From the NCBI RefSeq assembly GCF_006345805.1, contig NC_043010.1, positions 27,652,001 through 27,716,000 of the forward strand: a DNA stretch of 64,000 nt, written 5' to 3'. The stretch is from Octopus sinensis (Eukaryota). The position numbers and the translations under genes were made by a program. A model generated the notes under the pieces. It saw only the letters and a list, made by a program, of their open reading frames with translations, did not search any database and was not told the DNA's origin. Positions 14,201 to 26,673 of this stretch are shown here, piece after piece (positions within the stretch are counted from its first letter, which is position 1; each line of letters starts with the position of its first letter).

Positions 14201-17147
14201 TGTTGCTAAAATGGCGGGCATAAGGGAATATAAATAAAAGAGACTCGTTGTCGTCTGAAATGTTACATCCATATATGGTCGCCTTGTAATATTCTTTTTT
14301 ACTCTAGGCACAAGGCCCGAAATTTGTGGGGAAGGGGCCAGTCGATTAGATCTGGTACTTAATTTATCAGCATCGAAAGGATGAAAGGCAAAGTCGACCT
14401 CGGCGGAATTTGATCTCAGAACGTAAAGACAGACGAAATACCGCTGAAAACTTCGCCCGGCGTGCTAATGTGTCTGCCAGGTCGCCGCCTTAGTCGGCTC
14501 GTAATATTAAACTCACTATTAAATTGAAAGTAATCCAATCTGCTTTACATTAAACGAGTTGCGGATTTGATTGGCGTGTTTATTGCGTTAGAGAAGTAAT
14601 TTATATCTGGCAGTTCATAAAAGGATTACTTTCAGACGTTAACATCAAAACCTGTGCAGATACTTGGACTGGACCCCCTATATAATAATGGCTTCAAATT
14701 TAGGTACAAAACCAGCAGTTTCGGAGAAGGGTCAGTCGATTACATTGACTCCAGTGCTTAACTGGTACTTGTTTTATGGACCCCCGAGAGGATGAAAGGC
14801 AAAGTCGACGCCGGCGGCATTCGAACTCAGAGTATAAAGACGTAGAAACGTCGCTAAAGCCTTTTGCCCGGCGCGCTTAGAAGTGTTTGCGCGATCATTT
14901 GATCTCCAAGAAACTGCGATCAAACTTCCTTCAAATACCATTCCACTGTCTTCAATAAGGATTAAATATGCGGGATAAATTAATATTGAATATAATGCAC
15001 AAAACCAAAAAACAAGTGGAGATTGTCGTTGTTCGAGGGTTGATGGAACGCTGTTTCATCGACACGGGGAAATGCTTTTTACATGTGCGAAAGCCGTAAA
15101 AGAACATCAGTGAGTACAACTTTACAGGAAACGGGTGTCAAAGCTCCTAGAAATGTGAGACCCCAACAAAATTTTTAAAATATTCACACATTTTTCCACC
15201 AAACAACATCATTGATAGATAATCTAGAAAAATATATGGCTTTACAGAATGACTCCAACAGCACCAACATCGACAATAACAGGAAGTTCTTTTGACTTAC
15301 GTCTCAACGTCACAAGATCGCATTTAAAAATAACGTGTCACACAAAAACACTTTGTAAACATGACAATGCACACGCACACACATACAAACACACATTCAC
15401 ATACATACAAACAAACGCACACACACACACACACATGCATACAGTCACACATACAAACACGCACACAAACATACATATGCATACACACATATACATGCAC
15501 ACGCATACATATATACACACACATATATATATACATACACCCATACATACATACATACATACATACACACACACATATACATACATACACACACGCATAC
15601 ATACATACATACATACATACATACATACATACATACATACATACATACATACATACATACATACATACATACATACATACATACATACGCTCGTGCGAGT
15701 GAACAAACGATATAAAATGGCACTCAACACATTTAGTCGGAGTCAAGCGTATCATATCATAATAATCCTTTCTACTCTAGGCACAAAGCCCGAAATTACT
15801 GGTGAGGGTGATAGTGGATTACATCGACCCCAGCTGGTACTTATTTTATCGATAGTCAAACTATCATTAAACTAAATATATATATATATATTGTTGTGTT
15901 GTGACCCCCTTCGATCATGAACGATCGTGGGATTGCACCTAGAAAGTTACCCTCCGAGGTTCAAGTCCGGGCAAGGTTGTTTATGGAAGGCCAGCAGTCA
16001 CCCATGCATACCAGCCTCCCTTCTCCACGCCACCAGTTTTATCCAAGGGAAAGGCAAAGGCCAATACAGCTTGGCACCAGTGACGTCACAGCTCACTTAT
16101 TAACGTACAAGTGGCTGAGCACTCCACAGATACGTGTACCCTTAACTTAGTTCTCGGGGAGATCTAGCGTTATACCAAGTGTGTCAAGGCTGGCCATTTG
16201 AAATACAGGTACAACAGAAACAGGAAGGAAGAGTGAGAGAAAGTTGTGGTGAAAGAGTACAGCAGGGTTCACCACCAACACCATGCCGGAGCCTCGTGGA
16301 GCTTTAGATGTTTTCGCTCAATAAACACTCACAATGCCCGGTCTGGGAATCGAAACCGTGATCCTACGACCACGAGTCCGCTGCCCTAAACATTGGGCAG
16401 AATTTGAACTCAGAACAAGAAGACGGACGAAATGCTGCTAAGCATTTTGCCTGGCGCGCTAACAATTCTGAGGCGGGTTTTAATTCAAATCACTACAAAC
16501 AGGATGTTCGCATCATAGAAATAAAAGCGAGCGTCGGCCGGTTGGTATAAAGCGGGTTAAGCAGAGCTAAATGAAAACATTTAGTTAACAGACCTTAACA
16601 CACCAGATGATCCAGTAATAAATTATATTTGTAATATTATAGAACTAGAAGCCTAAATGAATTCTCAAGAAAGAAACAGAAGACAAATGATAATTTAGAA
16701 TGTATCTCAAGACACTGACACATAAATAGATTATATATATATATTATAATAAGAGATATATATCTTAATTGTTTCAGTCTGTGGCCATGCTGGAGCACCG
16801 CCTTTTAGTTGAAGAAATCGACCTCTAGACTTAGTCTTTGTAAGCCTAGTGCTTATTCTATCGATCTCTTCATTCGAATCGCTAAGTTACGGGGACGTAA
16901 ACTCACCAACATCGGTTGTCAAGCGATGGTGTGGGTGGACAAATACAGACACACAAACACACACACACACATATACATTTACGACGGGTTTCTTTCAGTT
17001 TCCGTCTACCACATCCACTCACAAGGTTTTGGTTGGCCCGAGGCTATAGTAGAAGACACTTGCCCAAGGTGCCACATAGAAGTGGGACTGAACTTGGGAC
17101 CATGTGGTTTGAAAGTAAGCTTCTTAGCACACAGCCAAACCTGCGCC

Positions 17148-17216
<69 letters not shown>

Positions 17217-17529
17217 ATGTGTGTGTGTGGTGAATTAAAAAAACAGTGAAAAGAAGAAAAGGAAAAACAAACAAAGCAATGTATTCATATGATGCCCTGA
17301 GATAGAAGAGAGTTGTTGTTTTAAGTTTTAAACACAGCTCTTCTTCGGAAACCGGAAAAAACAGGAAAGTCCAAAGGAAAAGAAGGAAGAAGGAGGAAAA
17401 TCGCCAACAGTCCATGTGCCGTTACATTTCTGAAGTAACCGGAAGTAGGAGGAAGAGAAAGTGCTTTCTGGGACAGGAGAGTATAAAGATGGTCGGTTGG
17501 TGTGTGTGAATGTGTTTGTGTGTGTGCGT

Positions 17530-17588
<59 letters not shown>

Positions 17589-17995
17589 TGTGGTATTAAC
17601 TGTATGTGTGTGCTGTGTCTGTGTGAGTAGTCTATGTGTGTGTGCGTGTGTTAATGTCGATCTGAGAGGTCAGCAGCTATAGTGACAGGTTTGTGAATGG
17701 GTGGGTGTGGCCGTGTACGTTGATGGAAGGGTCAATAGAGAGTTAGAGACAGTCTGGAGGGTGTGAATGAATGACTGATGTACATATATTAAGAATCCTC
17801 GATCGGCACTTTTCGGACGATTCTGGTGCTTGTTAGTGTATATGGTTACATTCATGTGCGTTAACTACAGCATTATAGCGGTTTAGCTCTTATTTCTCCA
17901 ACGTAGGTGTTTTCTAACACCCTAGTCATATTTAGTGACATTTGTAATTCTTGTTTTGTTGAAAAATTTGAAACTGCTGTGTGTGTGAGTGTGTG

Positions 17996-18027
<32 letters not shown>

Positions 18028-18068
18028 GTGTATATGTATATGTATGTATGTATATATATATATGTATG

Positions 18069-18139
<71 letters not shown>

Positions 18140-18145
18140 TATATA

Positions 18146-18416
18146 GAGGGTACTATTATTCATAGGTACCGCACGCTAGGAGGGACTTTTGCAGTCAAAC
18201 CTACGTGTTTTTGCTTATATGTCTTGAGTTCGTTGCACTGAAGAGCATAGAATGCATATTCTGCATTGATTGCGAAATCACAGGTGATATGTAACTAAAT
18301 TCTGTTTTTAAATGACTCGCTTTGAAGTTTTGCATTCGGTACAATTTGTTTATTTTAGTAGTTTTGACTGCAAAAGTCCCTCCTAGCGTGCGGTACCTAT
18401 GAATAATAGTACCCTC
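18146..18416. mobile_element. MITE with perfect 54-bp TIRs (GAGGGTACTATT...), TATA flanks
   Basis: 18146-18199 is the exact reverse complement of 18363-18416. Confidence 0.9.
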
Positions 18417-18554
18417 TATATAATATAAATAAGTATTTTCAAAGTTGAAAAAATTTACAGATTTTTTCTCTTACGAGGTTTTTCACGCTAACTACTGATA
18501 ATTTCTTATAAAGATTTTATCCTTATTTTTAAATGTATATATATATATATATAT

Positions 18555-18840
18555 ACATGTTTGCGAGGATGATCCGGTTCTTGACTGAAGATTGAAGGCT
18601 TCGAATGTCCCGTCCGTGTTTTTTGTATCGTCTTCTAAATGTTTTGCGTTCTTGTCCCAGTTTGTATTTTTTTACATACACATATATATATATATATATA
18701 TAGCGACGCCCGTACCCTTTTTGGTCTTGTATGTAAGTACATATTTCTTTAAATTTGGTACGACTCTATAACACTGTCTCTCTCTCTCCCCTCTCCTACA
18801 TTTCTCTGTCTTTCACACTTTGCACTCCACTTTGATCTGT

Positions 18841-18884
<44 letters not shown>

Positions 18885-19982
18885 CCTCTTCTTCTTCTTC
18901 TCCTCCTTTTCTCTTTTCTTGCCTCTAATTCTTTGGTCTCCTCTTCCCCCACTCGCTCACATTCTCTGTCTTCTCACTTTGCACCTCACTGATTCTGTCG
19001 CCAAGCCAATCCTTGGCACGCTCTCTTTCTCTCCCCTCTTTAATTCCTTCTTTCTCTCTCTTCTCCCCCCTTTGGTGCCTTTGTCCCTCTTTTTTTCTCT
19101 CTCTCTTTGATTCCTTTGCCCCTTTTTTCTCTCTCTTCTCCTCTCACGTGACTGCTGGTCAACCAGCCTTTCGGCTTCAGACCACCGCCACACTGCCGAA
19201 AAAGGCATTTTTTTCCAAATATGCCAGCTAAGCTAAGTTGTGCTGTCTATAGTCGTAAGACACCCGCTGTTTTTGTCCTGTTATTACTATTATTGTTTTT
19301 TGTATTTATATTCGTGTGGTATCGTCCGTTTTTCTGTCCTTTTCTCGTATACATTCGATCCTTTTTTCCAAGAAATCTAATGCTCGTAGCTTAGTTTTTC
19401 CTTGGGGCTGGCCGGATCGGAGCGATCTCAAGATTAATCAGCCGAAATTGCGAGGATGATCCGGTTCTTGACTGAAGATTGAAGACTTCGAATGTCCCGT
19501 CCGTGTTTTTTGTATCGTCTTCTAAATGTTTTGCGTTCTTGTCCCAGTTTGTATTTTTTTACATATACATATATAAATATATATATATATATCTTGGTGT
19601 GGCTGTTGTCCGTGCAACATCGACATTCCTCCCTTTGCCTGTGAAATTTTGTATATCTGCCGTAATTTAATTCGTCCTTACTCGAAAGACATGTGTTGTT
19701 ATGTCCTGTTATTATTTTTATTGTATTTGTGTAACAATGTCCGTTTTTTTTTTTCGTCCTTGTTTTTGTATACATTCGCTGCTTTCTCCCAAGGAATCTA
19801 ATGCTCTTAGCTTAGTTTTTTTTTGGGGGGGGGGGGGCTGGCCAGATTGGAGCCATCTCGAGTATAATCAGCCGAAATTGCGAAGATAATCTAGTACTCG
19901 ACTGAGGAAAGAAAACTTCGAATGACCCATCCTTGTTTTCTATGTATTTTTTATCTGGATGTTTTGTTGTCCATTTATATAT

Positions 19983-19990
<8 letters not shown>
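18555..19990. repeat. Composite repeat with three related ~130-280 bp units, possibly Penelope-derived
   Basis: gccgaaattgcgaggatgatccggttcttgactgaaga... at ~19440 and a near-identical copy at ~18560; diverged copy at ~19870. Confidence 0.5.
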
Positions 19991-20042
<52 letters not shown>

Positions 20043-20099
20043 TAATACATACACCAACCCTATACATACACACGTCCAGACCTCTCATACGCACTAATA

Positions 20100-20400
20100 G
20101 CTGGTCATTCAACCCTATTATCAACCCTATTATCTCCCCTTATTCGCTCTCGCGTCTCATGTTTGATCTTGACCTCTGGCCGAAAATCAGATCGCCATGT
20201 TGATCGTTAGTTACTGCACGCATTTTTTTCTCTCCTTCTTTCTGTGTTTTTTTTCTCTCTGTGTATCTTTCTGTTGAAGAGCGTAGGCTCGAAACGTTAA
20301 AGACTTGTTTTATTTATATTTCCTGAGCGCCATACTAATACAATTGTTTGTTTGTTTCCCACCTGCGTTCGTCTTTTGTCTATTTCATAAGCTTCCCGTT
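20100..20400 (+). mobile_element. Penelope family 1 terminal repeat (pLTR) copy
   Basis: Reverse complement of 3818-4110; contains ctgttgaagagcgtaggctcgaaacgttaaaga. Confidence 0.8.
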
Positions 20401-20472
20401 ATATATATATACATACATACATACATACATACATACATACATACATACATACATACATACAATATATATTCT

Positions 20473-20846
20473 GTGGAGTGGTTAGGGCCACGGACTCGCG
20501 ATCACAGGATCGCGATTTCGATTCCCAGACCGTGTGTTGTGAGTGTTTATTGAGCGAAAACACCTAAGGATCCACGGGGCTTCGGCAGGATGTGGTGGCG
20601 ACCCCTGCTGTACTCTTTCACCATAACTTTCTCTCACTCTTTCTTCCTGTTTCTGTTGTACCTGTATTTCAAAGGGGCCAGCCTTGTCACACACTGTGTC
20701 ACGCTGAATTTCCCCCGAGAACTACATTAAGGGTACACGTATCTGTAAAGTGCTCAGCCACTTGCACGTTAATTTCACGAGCAAGCTGTTCCATTGATCG
20801 GATCATTCGGAACCCTCGTTGTCGTAACCGACGGACTGCCACGACG
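20473..20846 (+). mobile_element. tRNA-derived SINE family D
   Basis: Head (g)gtggttagggc.gcggactcgcg...ttcgattcccagacc; body gtgctcagccacttgcacgttaatttcacgagc. Copies at ~15905-16398(-), 23265-23420(+, 3' part), 27891-28168(+). Confidence 0.8.
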
Positions 20847-22114
20847 ATGCATATTCTACATTAGCATTAGAAATATCTTTAAGGAACTAAAAGCTGTTGT
20901 TATTATTCAATTTATATCTACACCGCGTTCGTATATCTCCACTAAAGGTACAGACAGCTGCATGTGCAAATCACATGACACTCGAATCCTCGCGTCATTT
21001 TGTGGATATTGCCACCATCTTTGGCAACAAACTTAAAATTAAGTCAGATATCAAACTTTCTATCTCCCTTCTTGCTTTCAATACTAAAGAACACTACGCT
21101 AAGAGTCATATACAGCGCTTCCACAGCATTTACTGTGCACGTAGCAGACATAGTAAACCCATAGAATAATCAAAGTACCCCATTAAATGAACTGAGAGAA
21201 ACAAGAAACAATGTCTGACAGTTACGAAGGCGGCGTGTTGGCACGTCGGGTAAAATGCTAAGCGGCATTTCGTCCGGCTTCACGTTCTGAGTTCAAATTC
21301 CGCCGATATCAACTTTACCTTTCGTCCTTTTGGGATCGATAAAATAAGTATCAGTCGTGTACTGAGGTTGATATAATCAACTACACCCTTCTTCCAGAGT
21401 TGTTGTCCTTGTTCCAAAATTTGAAATCAGTATATTAGATCGAGGGTGAACAGTCTTGTCTGGAAGACATGTCTCTCCAAAAGCAAACCACAATAAAGTA
21501 CATAGAACACAAACCTAAGCGCTAACAATCACAGAGCCATATTCGGCCAGTTGGAAGCAACACCAACAAATATAAGAGATTTATGGCGGGTTTTATACTG
21601 GTCTTGCCTAAGAGACTAGTTTCTCCACAACAAACCAAAATAAACTATATGGAACACACACAAGAAAAGAGCATTACATATCATAACAAGTTTTACATGA
21701 AACCGTATCTACAGATCAGCAAAACTACCAACAATGACGGGGATATAGTTTGTTAGCGTTGATAAATTTCCAGCCGCGTCTCCTGCAGTTTCTGCCATTA
21801 CGTAAAATACTGTCATCGAACCTTCTAATACAGAGTGCTACCCACATCGACATTCATAAAAATCATTTTCAGTCAAGTCAGAGAAACATCAGGAATGCAT
21901 CCAGACAGAAATAGCTGCAACATTAACGGCCTCACTGGATCCAGAAACTGTCCTAGCATGCCTACCACCAACAATAAATGCAGAAGAACAACAGTTGTTG
22001 CCCTCTAAGTCCACACTGTTCGCCGCCGCTTGTTGTGACCACCACAATATTGGACTGGACAGCGAACAGTATATTATATATCCAGACTGTTACATTGCAC
22101 TGCATAGATTCGAC

Positions 22115-22271
22115 AGGCGTAGGAATGGCTGTGTGGTAAGTAACTTGCTTACCACATGGTTCCGGATTTAGTCCCACTGCGTAGAAACTTGGGCAAGTGT
22201 ATTCAACTATAGCCTCGGGCCGACCAAAGCCTTGTGAGTGGATTTGGTAGACGGAAACTGAAAGAAACCCG

Positions 22272-22311
<40 letters not shown>

Positions 22312-22490
22312 GTGTTTGCCCCCCCCCCCAACATCGCTTGATAACCGATGCTGGTGTGTTTACGTCCCCGTAACTTAGCGGTTCGGCAAAAAAGACCGAT
22401 AGAATAAGTCCTGGGGTCGATTTGCTCGACCAAAAGCGGTGCTCCAGCATGGCCACAGTCAAATGACTGAAACAAGTAAAAGAGTAAGAG
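22115..22490 (+). mobile_element. SINE family A, full-length copy
   Basis: aggcgtaggaatggctgtgtggtaag...ggaaactgaaagaaacccgtcg-(GT)n-...gactgaaacaagtaaaagag. Confidence 0.88.
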
Positions 22491-24289
22491 TCTTTTGAAC
22501 TTTTATCTGTTATGTCCTTCATCACAGTGTTGTCTCAGCTTCCGGATTTTAAGCAAATTTGATACTTCTACAATTGATCATCAGTCTTGAGCAGTGAAAC
22601 AACTCGCGCGTCACTGCTGGATGCTGCCTATTTCTCTCTTGCCAGTTAATATGCATGGACGTTGCAAATTCCCTCCTCTTCATAAGTGACTTCGTGCAAA
22701 AACTAGACAGAGGTAAAGGAGAGAAGGAAAGGGAGAAGGGGAAGGAAGAGAGTTAGAGAGACACGGGAAAAGGGGTAGATTTGGGAAAGAGGATGAGGAG
22801 AGAGATTTATAATTCCTGAAATCTTTGAGAGTGCCGCAACAGCAATGCAAGAATGATTGGAAGAAAATTATTAAACGAAGATGTAAGGGAGATAACCCAC
22901 ATATACTTGTTCATTTATAGCTCTAAGATGAATGAATGGACTAAAGGAAAACGTGTCACAAATTCGATGGAGGAGGAGGAGGAGGAGGTGGTGGTGGTGA
23001 AAGGGGATGTAATACCATTAAAATTTGTTGAATAAATTAAGTTCGTGTGATTAGGCAACAAAAAAAGTAATTAATCTAAATTAGAATTTATTTTAAAAAT
23101 AAGTGCAGACATGGCTGCGTAGTTAAGAAGCTCTATCTGTAATCACACGGTTTCAGGGCGCGGCGCCTTAGGCAAAGGACTTCTGCTAAAGCTGCGAATC
23201 GACCAACGCTTTGGAGTAAGTTTGGGAGATGAAAACTGAGTGGAATCTCGTAGTTGTACCTGTGATTCGATGGAGCAGCCTTGTCACATTCTGTGTCATA
23301 CTAAATTCCCCAGAGAACTATGTTAGAGGCACGCGTATCCGTGGGGTGCTCAGCCACTTGCACGTTAATTTCACGAGCTGGAACACTTGTCGTCGTAATC
23401 GACGGAGTGCCCAGCCTGGGTAGGCACTTACTTACCTAAGGTGCCACGTAGTGGGACTGAACCTAAAAGTACATGGTTGCGAAAAGAAAAAAACTGAAGA
23501 GAAAGTAATAAATAAATAGTAAAAATAAATAAATAAATAGTAAATAGTAAATATAAATAAATAATAAATAGTAAATAATAAATAAATAGTAAAAATAGTT
23601 TAACCAATGAACGACAACAAATAAGTGTTCACGTGTGTAGTGTAAGGGAGATAACTCTAGTATAAAATGTTGCAATAATTTTTAAAATAACGATTTGGAC
23701 ATAATTAGAAACTAAAAGGAACATAATTAAAAACAAAGGAAACAAGTTGACGATGAAACAAGTTCCTCTACCCACATTTTCCCATCCACATCTTTACCAT
23801 ATGAGGCCCTAACAGAATCCGATAATAGATACTATGCATTTTAAAGACTGTCGAAAATGATTTTTCAAACTAATATTTGATTTAATTCTAAAACCATATA
23901 TATTCCCAATATTACATTTAATGATATATTTCATTATATGGAGTGGTTAATTACACCGAAATAAATTACAATATAATTCATAAGTCAAAGAAAGAAAAAT
24001 AAAATAAGCGAAAATGCATTCATCTGGAGTCTGTGTTCGTCTGAGGCCCCTGTTGATAAAGTGGTCCAATGCCGTGTTTACTTGTCCAACAAGAAGTTGT
24101 ACCCACGTGGTTGTCCACGGTGAACTTGTCCCATCCTGGGTCCGGCTTTTTTTTTCAATTTAGATTTCATTATCTTGGATCATTCTGAAAGGTTAGTCAA
24201 AAAATTACACGTACTCATTCCCCATTTCAGTTGTCATATTGTTATGTCTCTGTTTTCTCACTTTGTCTTTAATTCGTATTTCTGCCTTA

Positions 24290-24860
24290 AATCTCTTCCG
24301 TCGGTTGTCCTTGAAAAGAAAATTAAAATTGTCGAATTTGTTTCATAAACCACGACCTACAGTACAAAACAGAAGGGAACATATAGCAACTGCTTGCTGG
24401 AATCCCTGTGTGTCTACCGAAATTCCTCGGGATGGTGTTGACGTCGGAAGAATATAGAAACTTTCGACGGAAAGAAAATAATATTTCGGACGGTGAATCT
24501 CGAAGCACATAAAGCCATACCTTGTTAATATTGGGTTAAAAATAAAATCCACTTGGATAGAAAAAGTCGAAAGCTTCGGGTAGGACTCGAACTCACATCT
24601 ATTTACGAAATATGTATTATTCGAGTCCCAGGGTAGTCTTCGACGGCGAAAGTAAAGAATACGCACCCGGGGTGGTTGTGGTTAGGTTATCTCCACCGCC
24701 TTCAGCTTTTCCTATCCAAGGGTATTTGGCAATATATCGGGGTGGGGGTGGGGGTTCGGTTTAGGAAAAGTGAAATTATTTGTTCGTCAAGTTACCTATA
24801 AAGTGAAAAACACGGTCGCACACTCATTCATTGTCATTCGTTTTGCACGAGCAACTTCAA
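24290..24860. promoter_or_regulatory. Candidate CpG-rich promoter region upstream of POLR1A (possibly bidirectional)
   Basis: Non-repetitive, visibly CpG-enriched segment ~2 kb 5' of the POLR1A ATG, with a G-rich tract at ~24740. The TSS is not observable from sequence. Confidence 0.35.
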
Positions 24861-25248
24861 CAGTAACACGCACTCACTCACACATATATAGATACACATG
24901 CATAAATATACACGAATCGCTTATGTTTGTGTATGTATGTGCATCTGTGTAGAGGTTTGTGCGTAAGAAAGTAAAGAATTAAAAGGTTTTACGAAATTTG
25001 CCGGACAAATAGTTTCACTTTTCCGTTTTCAACCTAACAGTCACAAGCTATTTATAGCTTTATATGCTTGGAGATTCAGTGCTCCGAAAAAGAAAAGTAT
25101 GATGTTTTATTGTTTATCAAATATCACACAAAATCTTAATTAAATCTCTTTGATTCGCCTTAATAATCACAAGTTGTTAAGTATTATTTACACTACGCGT
25201 GTGGAACCCGTGAGTCTCTGGAATATTCTACAAAATGGTGAATTAAGT

Positions 25249-25424
25249 CAAAGTTCTATATTTAAGAGATGAGGAATTGTGTACATTATTTACATTCGAC
25301 GGATATTTCTTGGGAATGAGAACCCAGGTTTGAAATTTCCCCAAGACACCTGAAGAAGGCTGGAGGGTATATCAGCCGAAACGTGTTAACAACAAAGATG
25401 AGGACAATATCCGTCAAATGTAAG
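25249..25424 (+). mobile_element. Penelope family 2 pLTR with inverted terminal piece
   Basis: 25311-25424 matches 30125-30245; 25249-25310 is the reverse complement of the pLTR 3' end. Confidence 0.8.
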
Positions 25425-25894
25425 TCAAAGTTGTTGGTGATGTACATAGAAAACGAAAAGGGACCACCTGGGTGAATGACAACCTCCATTCACCCAGATT
25501 CCAAGTAAATTATCATTTTACATTAGTGACTATTGACATCATTTAAACTCAGTTAATCATTGTGTTATTCCATACACAAAACAGCACTCCTTAGAACTTG
25601 TACACCTGTATAACGTAAATCAGGGATTCCCAACCACCGGGCTGCATTGGGTGCATTATAAGGATTCCGTGGGCCTGAGGATTCTCTCATATTCCTCCAC
25701 TGTCTTCTTTGGTTTGGTTTCTTATGGCTGGATACTCTTCCTCGCATCAACCACTTCACAGCATGTACTGGGTGCTTTTTTTTTTATTATGACCCCAGCA
25801 CTTGTGAGGTCACCATGAGGGAGGCAGCTTTATCACTCAGAGATGAGGGATTAACCTTTTAGCAGTCAGATGGCTCTGTCAAATGTAATGCTTA

Positions 25895-26213
25895 TTTATT
25901 ACCTCTGCTTTAGCAAAAGCAGAGGTGTTGCTTAGTCGTGTTTGTCCATGGACAAGATATCTCAAGAACTACTGGATAGATTTGGATGACTGGCACAAAC
26001 TGATTAGATTTGGGAATCAATTTGATGCTGGACAAGGATTCTGGATTATTTTTCTGGTTTTTTTCCAGGTTCATTTTTAGTATTCTTGTTTGTGAGAGCA
26101 GTTGAGTTTATTTCAGATATTCTCATTTGAAAAATCATCTCTGGCTAATCGTTGAGAGGACTTTGGTGTTGTCTTGGCAGAGGTTTGTGCTGTCTGAGTG
26201 TCTTGTTTACATT
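25895..26213 (+). mobile_element. Helentron/HINE-like non-autonomous element
   Basis: 5' tattacctctgc..., 3' subterminal IR cttggcagagg followed by a short hairpin. Related pieces at 46250-46410 and 46930-47107 (gcactctgagtgc hairpin). Confidence 0.55.
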
Positions 26214-26673
26214 GTTTTGAATTAATTAGACATTATGTTGTAGCTTTGATGTGATTGTTTATTTTTAGAATGACATTGTAGGTTAGATGCAAGAGGTCAA
26301 ATCTGGCCACTTTGAACATAAAACAGGTGGAATATTTGGGTTGGATATGGTTGGTCTAAATGCTGAAGGGTTAAAGTATCAGAGAAAGGTTCAAAGCAGA
26401 ACAGGTTTCTTACTGATGAGGGGCCACATGGCTACTCACATTTTAGCTGAGAGGATCGGGATGGAACAGGTAAGAGATGAAAATAACAATGATTTAGCAT
26501 TTGTGTGGACCCTCAAGGTATTCTTCTGATTTTAAATACATTGTCTCTAATTCCTCCAACACTGTTTCAAGCTGACAACTGATGTATTTTTGTTTTTTTG
26601 TTTTTTTTTCATGTTTTCTATTTGCAGCATTCCGTAGAATAACCTTTTAATCCATATTAGACACAGCCTAACC

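Noticed and set aside
21600-21960. Minus-strand hydrophobic frame resembling an MFS transporter segment
   Set aside because: Several in-frame stops, no clear splice sites, and the similarity is only impressionistic.
24680-24690. GGTTAGGTTA (TAACCTAACC on minus) as a telomerase RNA template
   Set aside because: It fits TTAGG, not the TTAGGG typical of molluscs. No pseudoknot, CR4/5 or H/ACA elements were recognised, and a 10-mer is expected by chance.
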